Origin: Psammoneis japonica
Lineage: Eukaryota
Direction of reading: 5' to 3'
Assembly: GCA_008632985.1 (NCBI GenBank)
Contig: QPGO01000074.1
Location: 186,001 to 250,000, forward strand
Length of the DNA stretch: 64,000 nt
The position numbers were made by a program, and so were the translations under genes. Numbering within the stretch: position 1 is the first letter of the stretch; every line of letters begins with the position of its first letter. This document shows, piece after piece, positions 36,465 to 47,845 of the stretch. Under the pieces are notes generated by a model. It was given only the letters and a program-made list of their open reading frames with translations. It was not told the DNA's origin and did no database searches.

Positions 36465-37871
36465 ATGGCGAGTGTGGAAATTGTGAGCGATGAGGCGTCG
36501 GGAACCGACGTTGAAGAGCATCCTCCATATGAGCTCCAGGTTGTAAAGTCTCCTTTCACGTGCAGCCACTGTTGTCAGATACTTCTCAGCGCGAAAACCT
36601 GTGAGCAGTGCAAGATCACTGCTTATTGTAGCGGAGAGTGCCAAACAGCAGAGTGGACTAGCCACAGAAAAGTGTGTAAAAAAATCAAGAAACTTCGCGA
36701 AATTAGAGAGTCATTACGAGGCTCCAGGGATTGGATGAGCTACCGAACAGTCAAGGCTAGAATGGCTCTCGAATATTTTTTGTTACAAATCAAAAGCGAT
36801 CGAAATCACGTGAATAAAAGGTCGTACGAGAGGGTCATGTGGGAATATGTACGTCTCAGGACATACCTCGGCAGGACAAGTAGACTTCGGGATGATGCAA
36901 TTGAACATAATGGATTGGGGAGGTTTACGTGGACTTCGTCAGAGTCGCGAGGCCTTGAGTCCATTATGGTTCTGCTTTGTGTAAGACTCGGCCGTTTTGA
37001 CGATGCCATGACTTTGATCAACAGTCGCAGACACGTGCAAAGCATTGTTGCCAAGAAATCAGAGAACCACATTCATTTTCTTCGCAGTAGCGGCAAAGTC
37101 GTGTCCAAGTATGAGGTGTTCGAAGATTGTCAAAACCTAAATGCTGTTGATCACTTTTGCGTCACTGTGATTCGTGCGCATGTTGTGGACGAATTGAGCA
37201 AAGCTGTCAGGTGGTCAGCATTTGCAGAAACTTCTGCTGGAGAATGCTTGGAACAGGTACATGACGTTGTCAAGGAGTTCCATGGTGTTCCCATGAAAAC
37301 GGTGAAAGGAGACATTGGACTACTCATGGAGCAAAAGCGAGACTTGGAGTCTCAGGGACGCCTCGCTCAGCACCATTACGATGACTTTCTTTTTCATGTT
37401 TTGGACTCTGTCTCGGCTTCGAAGAAGAGGGCTAGAGAGCTGCTGCATCAGACTAAAATTCCATTTCCATTTCTGAGTTTGATGGAGGACTGTACCCAAA
37501 ACAATGACGTAAGGAGCATCCTACTAGCAGCACTGAAAGATTCATGCTGCTTATGCGAGGCACAATTTGATCGCGCTCTTAAGTGTGTTCGACGGTGTAC
37601 GCAGTGCGAAAAACACTACTGCACATACAATTGCAGCTCGATTTGTGACAAATGCCACAAGTCCTTTTGTGAAGGGTGCCAACCTCTTACAAAGTGTAGA
37701 TCGTGTGGCTGTTTGGTTTGCGAGGAGTGTAAAGCTGATTTGTGCGACAGCGGAGAGTGGTTGCTAAGCACTGACACACATGAGAGTTGCGACAAAATCG
37801 ATCAAGGCTTGGGAAGTGACTGCAATGAAAGTGGTAGTCGTTGGGATAGCAAGCGTCCTCGTTTGTTTTAA
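36465..37871 (+). CDS. MYND zinc-finger protein with a C-terminal Cys-rich region
   Basis: CSHC...CEQC...YCSGECQTAEWTSHRKVC, plus several CxxC pairs at the C-terminus. Intact 468-aa ORF. Confidence 0.88.
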   Translation: MASVEIVSDEASGTDVEEHPPYELQVVKSPFTCSHCCQILLSAKTCEQCKITAYCSGECQTAEWTSHRKVCKKIKKLREIRESLRGSRDWMSYRTVKARMALEYFLLQIKSDRNHVNKRSYERVMWEYVRLRTYLGRTSRLRDDAIEHNGLGRFTWTSSESRGLESIMVLLCVRLGRFDDAMTLINSRRHVQSIVAKKSENHIHFLRSSGKVVSKYEVFEDCQNLNAVDHFCVTVIRAHVVDELSKAVRWSAFAETSAGECLEQVHDVVKEFHGVPMKTVKGDIGLLMEQKRDLESQGRLAQHHYDDFLFHVLDSVSASKKRARELLHQTKIPFPFLSLMEDCTQNNDVRSILLAALKDSCCLCEAQFDRALKCVRRCTQCEKHYCTYNCSSICDKCHKSFCEGCQPLTKCRSCGCLVCEECKADLCDSGEWLLSTDTHESCDKIDQGLGSDCNESGSRWDSKRPRLF

Positions 37872-38132
37872 AGCAGGTTAACACTCGATGGAAGGAAGCT
37901 TCAGATTTCAGAAGAATCAAATTGAATTCACAGGCACGTCTACATGTACTAGTCAAGTTTCGAAATGCGTTTATACTGTAGCTTTATTCAATGTGCACGG
38001 TGATTCGAAAGCTAGCGAGATGCAACATAGCGATATATTATATAATAAAGAAGTAGAATTCTCAACTCTAGAGTGGTAGTCTTGCATGTATCCTCGTCGC
38101 TAGTGAACAAGTCGCGACACCGCAAACGCCAC

Positions 38133-40121
38133 TTACGGTGCTGGTCGCTTTCGTTTCCTATTGGAACCAGTGACGAAACTACAGAGATTGGGTTTCTGCT
38201 GAAGGAAGTAGAAAATCATACTGGCATCCAAAGGTTGCCTTTGGTTCCCAACTTTGGCAAGCATGTGTGCCCACAGACCCGACGGAGCATTATCCACTCG
38301 CAGAAGCTGTCGACCAATACGGTTTATCGATAGGTAGAAATTAATCGGCGGCGTTGACAAACCCATTTCTGTCATGCGCGTATTGGTTTTCAACATTTTA
38401 ATAACAGCCCGAGTGCCTTTCTCCCCAAAGTCATTCCATCGCAATCCAAGCCGTGTGAGAGATTTGTTCTCATCCAGCGACTCGGCAAGAACTATAACAC
38501 CTTCGTCCGAAATACTGTTGTGATCCATGTCAAGATACTTGAGAACCGAATTGACTTTCAACGTTGGACCAAAAGCCCTGGCACTCACATCCGTAAGGTT
38601 GCAATCATAAAGGCACACCTTCCTTATCGCCTTGTTGTTATAAAGTGCACCGGCAACCGCCACGGCGCCCTCGTCCCCCAGCTCATTCAAGCCCAGAAAT
38701 AGCCGGGCAAGTTTTCTATTGTTTTGAACGGCATTAGCAAAGGCGATGGCGCCTTGAGACTTGATTTTGTTTTTGGCCACGTGAATAGTTTCTAACGTTT
38801 CATTTCCATGCAGCGCTTCCGCCAGCGCAATCGCACCAGGGTCACTGATACCCGAACTCCACAAGAAGAGTTCCCGTAGCTTACAGCGATTAGGCGGTGG
38901 CTGAGGCGGCTCGTCGTCCATCGCACTCGCCTTCTTTTCTTCTTCTTCTTCGTTCCCTTCTTGTGCCGTATCGCATTCTGCAAGAGATGGGGAAACAGCT
39001 TGGCTTGGCCGGATCAAATCGGCAAGAGCTTTTGCGCCCTCGTTTCCAAGGTCATTCTCCGCCAGGGTGACTGATTCGATGGACGCGTGTTGGGCAAGAG
39101 CCGGCACCAATGCCTTGACTCCCTTCACACCAATCTCAGTTGCGGTCAAAACAATCTCTCGAAGATTGGAACTTGGATTGTTGCCAAATCCTGACGCCAA
39201 GGCCACCGCTCCGTCGTTTCCAATTTCATTTTCACTCAGTAACAGAGTTTGAATTGAACAATTTTCACGAACCAAGTTGGCCACCGCAGGCATAGCATCC
39301 TTTTTAATAAGATTTCCAACCAAATCAACAGTTTTCAAAGATGAGCAATTGACAAGACTCTTGCAAAGTGCCGTGGCTCCGTCGTTTCCAATATTGCAAC
39401 CATCCAAGAGCAAATCATTCATCGAGCACGCTGTTCCCGAAGCGTTAAATCCCCTGGCAAGCACTACTGCACCCTCATCACCAATCAAGTTTTCACTTAG
39501 ATTCAGCTTGGCAAGAGTCCTGCTCGTAGAAATTACTTCCGTAAGACCCTTCGTGCCACCCGGCCCAATATCGTTGGTTTCAACATTGACAGAACGCAGC
39601 GAAGAATTGCGCAATAGCCCCTTCCATAACTGTAGTGCAGCGTCATCTCCTAAGCGACAAACACTTAGATCAATCTCTTGCAATGTTGAATTGAACGCGA
39701 TGGCTTGTCCCAAAACAATGGCTCCATCGTTCCCAAGTGAGGAATTGTGAGCGAGATTGATTTTCTTCAGAGGAGGAGAATCCACTTCGCGAATCAACCC
39801 AGCAAGAGCTCTACCTCCTACCACACCTATATTATTGTACATTAGTTGCAGCGTCTCCACCGATCTGTTATGCTTCAGGCCACGAGTCAGAGTCACTATG
39901 CCGGTGTCGCAGAGCTGACACTTTTCCAGATTCAAATCTCTCAGGAACGAGTTGAGAGGAAGAGCGGCTGCGAGCGATGCCCACACGACATATCTTTGCT
40001 CTTCCCGGTATTTCTCTCTCGGTACCTTGAAAATGACTTGATTGGGATCATTACTGGCGAGTCGTTCGCAGAGCTTGTTGATCTTACATGGCATCATGGT
40101 TGTTTCAAAAGGCGAAGCCAT
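38133..40121 (-). CDS. Leucine-rich repeat protein (RNI-like / NLRC3-type LRR)
   Basis: Many ~28-aa LxxLxLxxNxIGxxGAxALA repeats and a diatom-type tail (NRIGRQLL...LWAHML...FYFLQQKP). ATG at 40121. Confidence 0.9.
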   Translation of the reverse strand: MASPFETTMMPCKINKLCERLASNDPNQVIFKVPREKYREEQRYVVWASLAAALPLNSFLRDLNLEKCQLCDTGIVTLTRGLKHNRSVETLQLMYNNIGVVGGRALAGLIREVDSPPLKKINLAHNSSLGNDGAIVLGQAIAFNSTLQEIDLSVCRLGDDAALQLWKGLLRNSSLRSVNVETNDIGPGGTKGLTEVISTSRTLAKLNLSENLIGDEGAVVLARGFNASGTACSMNDLLLDGCNIGNDGATALCKSLVNCSSLKTVDLVGNLIKKDAMPAVANLVRENCSIQTLLLSENEIGNDGAVALASGFGNNPSSNLREIVLTATEIGVKGVKALVPALAQHASIESVTLAENDLGNEGAKALADLIRPSQAVSPSLAECDTAQEGNEEEEEKKASAMDDEPPQPPPNRCKLRELFLWSSGISDPGAIALAEALHGNETLETIHVAKNKIKSQGAIAFANAVQNNRKLARLFLGLNELGDEGAVAVAGALYNNKAIRKVCLYDCNLTDVSARAFGPTLKVNSVLKYLDMDHNSISDEGVIVLAESLDENKSLTRLGLRWNDFGEKGTRAVIKMLKTNTRMTEMGLSTPPINFYLSINRIGRQLLRVDNAPSGLWAHMLAKVGNQRQPLDASMIFYFLQQKPNLCSFVTGSNRKRKRPAP

Positions 40122-40399
40122 TTTCAATCTGAATGTTGTCACCAATGAACAATGTTTGATGACTCAGAGCACAAGAAAACCTGCCAGAACGTTGAAGCTG
40201 GTCGTGACTGGTCGTGGAATCGATATAAGAAAAGCAGTTTGGAAGTCAATTGGCATCGCATGCCACGCACTCGGTTTTACCGGTACTGTATGTACTGCGT
40301 GTACCGGTATATGTAAAATGTAGTAGAGAGTGGTTTGGAAGACAGTCGAGTTGGTCGAAGAATGCGCCAGGCGGCTGACACACGGGTGATGATTTGGAC

Positions 40400-41940
40400 G
40401 CATTTTTACTTTTTTTGCAGGGAAATTGGTGTGCTGTGATTTGGCAGTTTTGTGAAAAGCAAGCCACCATCTTCAGATGAGATGACATTAAGTTGTGATG
40501 TCTCAGGGGAGGGCAAGGCACTCACAAAAAGAAAAGCAACAGCATGCCTTCCGCCCCCTCTTTTTCAAGCTTGGTTTTTGGCATTTTTGTGCTGTGAAAG
40601 GCAGCAGCCAGAGTCGCTGCACAGGGTTGTGTGTTGTCATGGCTTGCCGCTGGCTTTGCTGGAGAATCACTGTGTTTTGGCTGTGTCAGCCAAGTGTGCA
40701 TCATCTTTTCATGAGTGCAGCTGAGCACAAGCAAGCGCCCTTTCTTTGTGCGCCCACATGTTGGGACAAATGCTGTGGCACAATGCTGCGCTGCCTTTGC
40801 CCAAGCAACTTTCCCCACTCTCTCAGCTGCCCCACCCCACTTCATCCTTTTCATGAACTTCGCAGTTGGGCAAAACTGAGCTGAGCCTTCAAGCCAACAA
40901 CAGCGCACTCTGTCTTTCACACAGCACTCTGTGGGGCTGACCGTCTTGTTCTTGAAAGGCTCTCAGAGATCATGCCAAGGGGCAGCATGTTCTTTGAAAA
41001 AAAAGGGTGGTGACTTGGAGTGTCATGCACCCAAATCCAGGCATGTGTGATCAAAACCCTAAAGCTCCTCAACATGGGTCATTGACACAGCAAGATTGGC
41101 TTAAAGGAGTTGCTGCTGAGTGAGAAAGGAGCTTGGCTGCTGCTGCCTCTGAGGAGGAAAGCAAGCACAGACAAGTGTGCCATGTGGCATGGGCCATCGG
41201 ACAGTCAAAATCAAGAACACACGTGCTCAAAGCCCCATGAACACAGTGTGCCCTGAGACCATTGTCTCAAAGCTTGTGAGCCTGTGCTGTCAGCTCTTTG
41301 CAAGATCGCTGGGGCTGCACATCAACAAAATTCAGGGGAAATTGATCCATGATCATTTTGATGGATTGCATGTCCACAGGGTCCACCGCACAAGGTGAAA
41401 ACGCTTGGTTGACAAGACAGTCTTGGAGCAAGTCCGCAACATTCATCTTGGGTCAAGTGTGCTCTGGATCATCAACAAAAAACGGATCTAGATCAAACAT
41501 TGAATCCACACAGATCTCATTCAGGCACACATGGAGATGTGGTGTCGTTGCGCGTGCTTGGGACTCACAACAGATCTCTGCAACAGACGCAGGAGCGGCC
41601 TTTGCAAGGTCGGGAGAGATGCGATGGTGTTTTGCGTTTCTATGGTTATGAAAAATTCCGAGAAAGCATGAAAAAAATGTGTTTCAGGAACAAAGATGAG
41701 GCCAGCTTGAAGCTTGATCATCCGCACACAGTCTGTCCATCTTGCGAGACAGATGGGCCAACACAGCGGCCGGGGGCACGGCTGGGCCAGCATTGATGAC
41801 TCACACTTTTGTCAATGATGATGTCACTGGTCATCAGCAAGGTGGGTGGTGGTCTCAGTGGTGGGGGGGGGGGCGTGGTGCGTGGTGGGGCTGCTCTGCT
41901 GGACAAGTTTGGGAACGTTTGAAGGAGGCTGATCGAAGCG
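40400..41940. mobile_element. TpA-depleted repeat remnant (family unassigned)
   Basis: Same TA loss and TG/CA excess as the larger blocks, with sharp edges between two divergent genes. Confidence 0.65.
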
Positions 41941-42581
41941 AACGACCTGTAGGGTGACAGACAGACACTGTTACTGCGGCTGTACATACTCTAACTACCG
42001 TAGCTTCTACATAGGTCAGTCATCGTGTAGATAGATGGTACTGACATTCTTGTGTACGGCAGCCCATGTAGTGAACTTAAGTACTGTACAAATCGACCTT
42101 AAGTCCAACGTGGCATTTGCTCGAATAATTATGATGACAATTTTTACGGTTAAACGATCGATAATAAATTTATTTAACAATCCAATTTGTTATAAAAGAA
42201 AGGAAGGATGCAGTAATTTTCGCGTTTAAAGAACTTTACGCAGTACCTAATCACTGTATAACTTTAATGCTTGACTTCCATGTTCTTCAGCGTCATCGAT
42301 CAACGATGACGACGACTTCCCGCATAACGCAAGAATTACGGCCCTTGTCCGTAGGAGGAGTACGATGATCTACGCAAGCACCCGTGGCAAAATACTGACT
42401 CACCGCGATGCCTCCCGTCAATCGCGGTGAAACGCATCCTTGCACCTGCTCCGCTGTAAAAGGCAAAAGACTCGTCTTCAACCAGACGAAGGGCGCTTGT
42501 CTTGTGAACTCTAAAGTTGTTGTAGCTTGCGGAAGACTCTATTGGAATAGGTGTTGCCATTGATCACGAAGAACCATCGGT

Positions 42582-44549
42582 ATGGAGAACGAGAAATCTG
42601 ACAATTTTGATGGCGAAGGTGGTCGTCATCGTGGTGCGAGTGAGGAAACGGGATTGAACATGCGAAGAAATGTTGTGTCTCGCCCTAATGAGTCCACGGA
42701 GGTAGTGGATGCGGATACAAGGGGTTCTTCTCTCAACCGTGAAGATACAGATGACTCGAGGAAGAGACGGCGTTTGAATAATGACGTCGTTTCAGGGCTT
42801 TCTGCGAGCGAGACGGCACCTCGAAGACCCAGAAGCATTGCAATGCCACCCCCGTATGCATTGTTAAACTCACCGAGAGCCTCTTTGATCCCATTCCAGA
42901 ACGAAAGTCACTTTCTTACGAGCATGGGACGAGAGCCAGCTCTCACCCTTCGCAGTGGAGCTTATACAAGTGCCTCAAGTCGCATGATGCCGCTGGTGAA
43001 TCAGCAGGAAGCCGAGGCGTATGCGAACGCTGGATTCCTTGCGTCAGGCGGTGTCCTACCCGAGTCATCTTTGTCGGCCAGCGTTGGGCTCGGCCCTACG
43101 TCCACGTTGCTTCCTCCCGTTGCTGGGTACCCACCACTAAGCATTCTTCTTCCCGAGACAAACGACGTTGCAGCAGCCTTGTCTAGTTCATACTCATTGA
43201 TGCCGCAGGTTCTCGACCCTGTAATGCTTCTTCGGCAACGGCAGCTGCTAGCTCGGGCTGGGAGGACGCCCCTTGTCAATTATCCAGTCAACCCTGGTGT
43301 TGGGTTGCAGTCTAGCCAGCATAGCGCCACTGCTGCTCTCCAGGACGCCCTCGGTTCCTTGTACGCTGACCCCCGAGCTGCCTCGCTGTATGCTGATCCG
43401 ACGCAGTGGATTATAGACGCGTATGCTGAGGAGACGCTGATACGGGCGCAGCGAGACCGCCAAGAGCCGCCTTCAGGATCTCCACAAGAAGGCAACAGCC
43501 GCAGGTATAGTCACCAAGAATCCCCTGAAGAAAGCGGACTCGTCCCTAGCGCCGATGTTGTGGGTTCTGTTAAGCACTTCAGTGATCGAGTGATTCTTCC
43601 TCTTTCCACTGATGAAGACGAAAACTGGCTGTCAGAGTTGTTGTGCTTCGTCCGATCTGACTTGATCGAGGTGTTTCGAGCTGGCGAACTCGACGTTGCC
43701 TCTAGGAGCAACAGCAAGAAAATAGGCCTCGGGCAGGTTGGGATTCGCTGTAGATTTTGTGCTCATGTGTCCCACGGAAATCGCGTCTGTAGGTCCTCAA
43801 GTTTTCCGTCTTCAATGTCTCGCATCTACCAAAGCCTCACAATGATGTTGAGGGATCACTTCCCAAGATGCCAAGCAATACCAGAGAAGGAGAAGAAGAA
43901 GTTTCTGTCTCTCAAGTCTAAAACCTCTCAGGGCGCTACGGACTCAAAGAGGTACTGGATCGACTCTGCCAAGAAACTAGGGATGGTTGATACTCCACAA
44001 GGTATTTTCATCACAGAGTCTGCACGAAAAGCTGCATTGACTGCGCCACCCTTTGGAACTAGCGAAGCCAAGGATACAGGCCCTCCTGTTCTGCTGGTAA
44101 AACCAGAAGACAAGGAATATATCTCCGAGTACATGTACCTGTTGCTGTCTCAGGTACAACGGGTGTTCCTTTCTGAATCTGAGCTTGTAGGGAACCGAAG
44201 GTTTCTGAAGCTGGGCCTCCCTGGGTTTGGCTGCTTACACTGTTGTCCCATCAGCAGGAAGGGGATGTGCCGCCTCTACCCTGCTCGACGTCGAGCTCTC
44301 CCTTCGAAAGTGAACGACATCTACGATCATCTTCGACGATGCTCACGCTGTCCAGAGGAAGTGAAGCAAAAGCTGCGAGATCTCAAACCGGATACTAATA
44401 GCTCTGAGAAGCCCGCAGTCGACGAGAATTTGAGGAGGTTCTTTGACGCGGTATGGGAAAGGCTCTACAAGGATTCCGACATGGCTGGGAACAGAGATCA
44501 TGCGAGAGGCACGCATAGTGACGGAGGGGAAGAAGCGCCTAGTAGATAG
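42582..44549 (+). CDS. Diatom-type putative zinc-binding transcription-factor-like protein with a duplicated CxxC...H..C domain
   Basis: Low-complexity N-terminus, then LSELLCFVRSDLIEVF...VGIRCRFCAH...FPSS...DHFPRC and a second unit PGFGCLHC...DHLRRCSRCP. Intact 655-aa ORF. Confidence 0.75.
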   Translation: MENEKSDNFDGEGGRHRGASEETGLNMRRNVVSRPNESTEVVDADTRGSSLNREDTDDSRKRRRLNNDVVSGLSASETAPRRPRSIAMPPPYALLNSPRASLIPFQNESHFLTSMGREPALTLRSGAYTSASSRMMPLVNQQEAEAYANAGFLASGGVLPESSLSASVGLGPTSTLLPPVAGYPPLSILLPETNDVAAALSSSYSLMPQVLDPVMLLRQRQLLARAGRTPLVNYPVNPGVGLQSSQHSATAALQDALGSLYADPRAASLYADPTQWIIDAYAEETLIRAQRDRQEPPSGSPQEGNSRRYSHQESPEESGLVPSADVVGSVKHFSDRVILPLSTDEDENWLSELLCFVRSDLIEVFRAGELDVASRSNSKKIGLGQVGIRCRFCAHVSHGNRVCRSSSFPSSMSRIYQSLTMMLRDHFPRCQAIPEKEKKKFLSLKSKTSQGATDSKRYWIDSAKKLGMVDTPQGIFITESARKAALTAPPFGTSEAKDTGPPVLLVKPEDKEYISEYMYLLLSQVQRVFLSESELVGNRRFLKLGLPGFGCLHCCPISRKGMCRLYPARRRALPSKVNDIYDHLRRCSRCPEEVKQKLRDLKPDTNSSEKPAVDENLRRFFDAVWERLYKDSDMAGNRDHARGTHSDGGEEAPSR

Positions 44550-45166
44550 GAGAATCGATCCATTTCATCGTGCATATCAATTTTGCGGGGACCACGACAG
44601 GAAGCTTTGGCGCTGTATGGTTGCATTGAAAAAAATAGCTAAAATACCCCGTAGTTTCGCTGCTTTTTTCTATCAGAATGTTGTCCGTATGTATCTGCGT
44701 CGGCATTAACACCACTTCACTTACCTTAGACATGTTGTGTTGCTTAAGCTCGAACGACGCAAAGCGCCGGAAAATCGATCGCACTACACTGCGATTCTGT
44801 GGGAACACCATGAACGCAGAAGTCCCATCTGGCATGTTGGGACGAGCGAACTGTCGGTGATGGCGTGCGATTTCGAGATGCGAGATCCTTGTAATTTGTT
44901 ACTAGAAGTAAGTAGTCACTCGTTGACGCGTCATTGCGTCGAATGTAGAGGAACTCTGCCCGAACCCTGATGGTTGTCATGAAGTGAACCGGTAAACCTA
45001 TCTCAAACAATTAAGAAGTCAGCCATTCGTCGACCTTGCTGCCAAATCGTGACAGAGCTGTCATCTACCATCAGTCCTTTCAAATCACCAAGTTCTCAGG
45101 TCCTCTTCCATTCATCGTCTCACAACACTCATCGCAAGTCACACATTTTCCGTCGAGCGTTACAGG

Positions 45167-45901
45167 ATGTCCATCACAACACAGCAGCAACAAGAAGACG
45201 AACAGGTTCTGCTGTCAGTTCGAGGCAGCCTGTTTGTTCTGAAAAAGGAACTCATTGTGTCCACCGACTGGATACTCGCAAAAATGTTTACATCAAACAT
45301 GCCTTGGTCCAAAACTGCCGAAGGACAGTGCTATGTCGACGTGGATCCGACCTCGTTTCGTTTGATTCTGGATATTCTTTCTGGAGTCTTGGACTTTTCT
45401 GCGGGGGATGGAGACAAGCTCTCAAGCGCCGACTTGGTTCTACTGAACGCAACTGCCCGATATCTCATGATGGATGACACTGTGAAAGCCGTGAAAGACA
45501 TCGAGATGGGCCACGCAAAAGTTGTGAAAGATATGCAGCAACAGATCGAGAACCTTCAGACCGACCACGCGCAACTTGTAAATGAGATGCAACAGCGGAT
45601 CGATTCCCTAGAGGGCACGGCTGAAAAACTAGAGGAAATCCAATCAGCATTTGACGGTCTTCCGATGCAAGTGCTTGAGTGCAACGCGTACAGGACCCAT
45701 CGATCGTACAACCGGTGTGGGTGTAAAACTTTGGTGATTGGAAATCTTGATATTTCAAAGGATGGAAACGCGCTTTGTGGAGATTGTGAAAACGACACCT
45801 CCAGGCTCGGCTGGCGGTCCCAATTTCCACAACTCGTACAAAAAACTGCACATGATTTTGATGACATTGGTGACTGGCTCGAAGAACTCGCACAACCCTA
45901 A
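45167..45901 (+). CDS. BTB/POZ (KCTD-type) domain protein with coiled coil
   Basis: VLLSVRGSLF...ILAKMF...YVDVDPTSFRLILDIL...ARYLMM, followed by a heptad segment. Confidence 0.85.
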   Translation: MSITTQQQQEDEQVLLSVRGSLFVLKKELIVSTDWILAKMFTSNMPWSKTAEGQCYVDVDPTSFRLILDILSGVLDFSAGDGDKLSSADLVLLNATARYLMMDDTVKAVKDIEMGHAKVVKDMQQQIENLQTDHAQLVNEMQQRIDSLEGTAEKLEEIQSAFDGLPMQVLECNAYRTHRSYNRCGCKTLVIGNLDISKDGNALCGDCENDTSRLGWRSQFPQLVQKTAHDFDDIGDWLEELAQP

Positions 45902-46766
45902 ATCTTGATGCCTGTGCGGCGTTTGCGTCTCCGCCCTATACTTGTCTCTTTTGTGAACGTTGAATCGAAGCAATGTGTATCGACAAGGCCGATTCGCAAT
46001 CAAAACGCCAGGATTGGGCCGGGGTACTTTTCAACTAGGATCTAAAGCATTATAAACTCTCGTCAATCATACAGCGATTATCGTTGCGGGGGTAATTATG
46101 GTAGGGAGGATGGGAGGAGAACTAGACCGAGCGATCAGTGCCACATATTTTCTCTTTGTTCACAACAAGTATTAGAAATTGTGTGGAGAACCGTCAATAT
46201 GCAAAGCAAGTTTTGCCAATAACCTGTTGAATGACGCGGTTGATAGTTGCGAACAAAAAGGTCATACAAAGGCCCCATCATACCACAAAGCTTGCTTTCC
46301 TCCTGTACTAGCCGGCTCTTGGATGGCTTCCTTCTTACGACAAATTCTCGAATGGCGGCTTTCTGATGGTTGCGATTCAAAATCATGCTTTTCGTTTGCT
46401 TTGTCGAGTCGCCGTTCTTCCAAGTAAACACCACAATCATTATTGCGAACATTACAAAGCGTCCGCGATACACTTGCGTGATTGCATGGCCGACCCTCTT
46501 CTCGTGTTGACCTTGATATGTTCGTGCAAGTATTGCACAGAGACGACATGGGAGGATGTTGTACTTGCAGATTCAGTGTGCGTAATGGGTGAAACGATGG
46601 ATTCCGGGGAAATGAACGAGTGCCTTTTGTTGTGGTAATCTTGGTTTGAACGCGTCAAGCCGATGCGTTATACCGGTATTTTTTGAATTCATGTCTCAGA
46701 TTTGAAGTTGAATTCGTCTGAAAGTCTGTTTGTCTCGAATGCCTCCTATGGTTTTTAAATTCTGCC

Positions 46767-47381
46767 TTAAGCAGCCGCAATGATTTCCATTTCGATTTTG
46801 CATTCCGGTTCAAACAAGGAAGCAACGCCAATCAATGTATGAGTGGGCATGATGCCTGCTTGTCCAATCCATTCGGTAAAAATATCAATGTGTTTCATCA
46901 TGGCCTCCATGTCTGTCACGTACGTATGAATGTTGATTATATTGGAACGATCCATTCCGGCTTGTTGCAGAATTGCATCCATGCTGGAGAGTATCTTGGT
47001 TAATTGATCTCCCAAATCCGTACTGAGAAACGTAACGCCATCCTCCTCCACACCGACCTGTCCCGACGTGTAGAGAGTCTTGGTGGTGCCTTGAATAATT
47101 TCGCCTTGATTCAAATGATACGTTTCTCCCCAAGAAACGGGATTGATCGGAATGCGCTTCATTGTTTGATGGTTGTGTCGTCCGAGCAGCATGGGCAAAT
47201 CATGCGCGGTGTGTTGCTTGTCGTTGGTCGTTGCTGCGGCCCAGTGCGTTGCAGCTGTAGCACCGACAAATGCGCCAAACATGGCTGCAAAGAATGGTAG
47301 CAAGAGACCCTGTTTTCTAGTGCTGTTGCTGGAGGCAACAGAAGAAGAAGAAGGAGCCATGAGCGGTGTTTCCTCGTTCAT
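46767..47381 (-). CDS. RidA/YjgF/UK114-family protein with an N-terminal membrane anchor
   Basis: LYTSGQVG, ILQQAGM, YVTDM and PTHTLIGVASL...KIEMEIIA. Hydrophobic segment LLLPFFAAMFGAFVGATAA. Confidence 0.85.
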   Translation of the reverse strand: MNEETPLMAPSSSSVASSNSTRKQGLLLPFFAAMFGAFVGATAATHWAAATTNDKQHTAHDLPMLLGRHNHQTMKRIPINPVSWGETYHLNQGEIIQGTTKTLYTSGQVGVEEDGVTFLSTDLGDQLTKILSSMDAILQQAGMDRSNIINIHTYVTDMEAMMKHIDIFTEWIGQAGIMPTHTLIGVASLFEPECKIEMEIIAAA

Positions 47382-47845
47382 GGTGATTGGCAGCAATGTA
47401 CTGTAACTTTATTGTGCCTTTGCCCTTTTTTATTGTTGCCCTCATCATCCGTTCTATTTTTTTGAAAATTTGGAATGACGTCACGTCCAAAGATATCAAA
47501 ATTGAATTTTATCGAGCACGTATATCGAATTAAGCTGTCGTGTGCTTTTTTTTTTTGAAAATTTGGAAAAAATCCGTCATTTCCACCCCTCAGGGTCGAC
47601 TTATGGTCATAGAGCACGGAAAATCCTGTTCAGAGGTTACCGTTCTACACGACGGGGCGCACCGTTCCTGCCTGCTTGGCTTCTTCTCATTTGAATGCCG
47701 ACAGAGACAACGCTAATAAAACTGCCAGTACCATAAGACGTGTTGTGTGTGCGTCTCTCTCTCTATCTCTCTCTGACTCGTATCGCAACATATTATATCG
47801 TTTTTCCAAGTTTCTGTATCAACATTTTCAGCGAAGAAGAAGAAA

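Noticed and set aside
1..41940. Classical RIP or CpG deamination as the sole cause of the TG/CA excess
   Set aside because: RIP would raise TpA. CpG decay cannot remove TpA or turn Tyr codons into Cys/His. CpG decay does contribute in the older segments.
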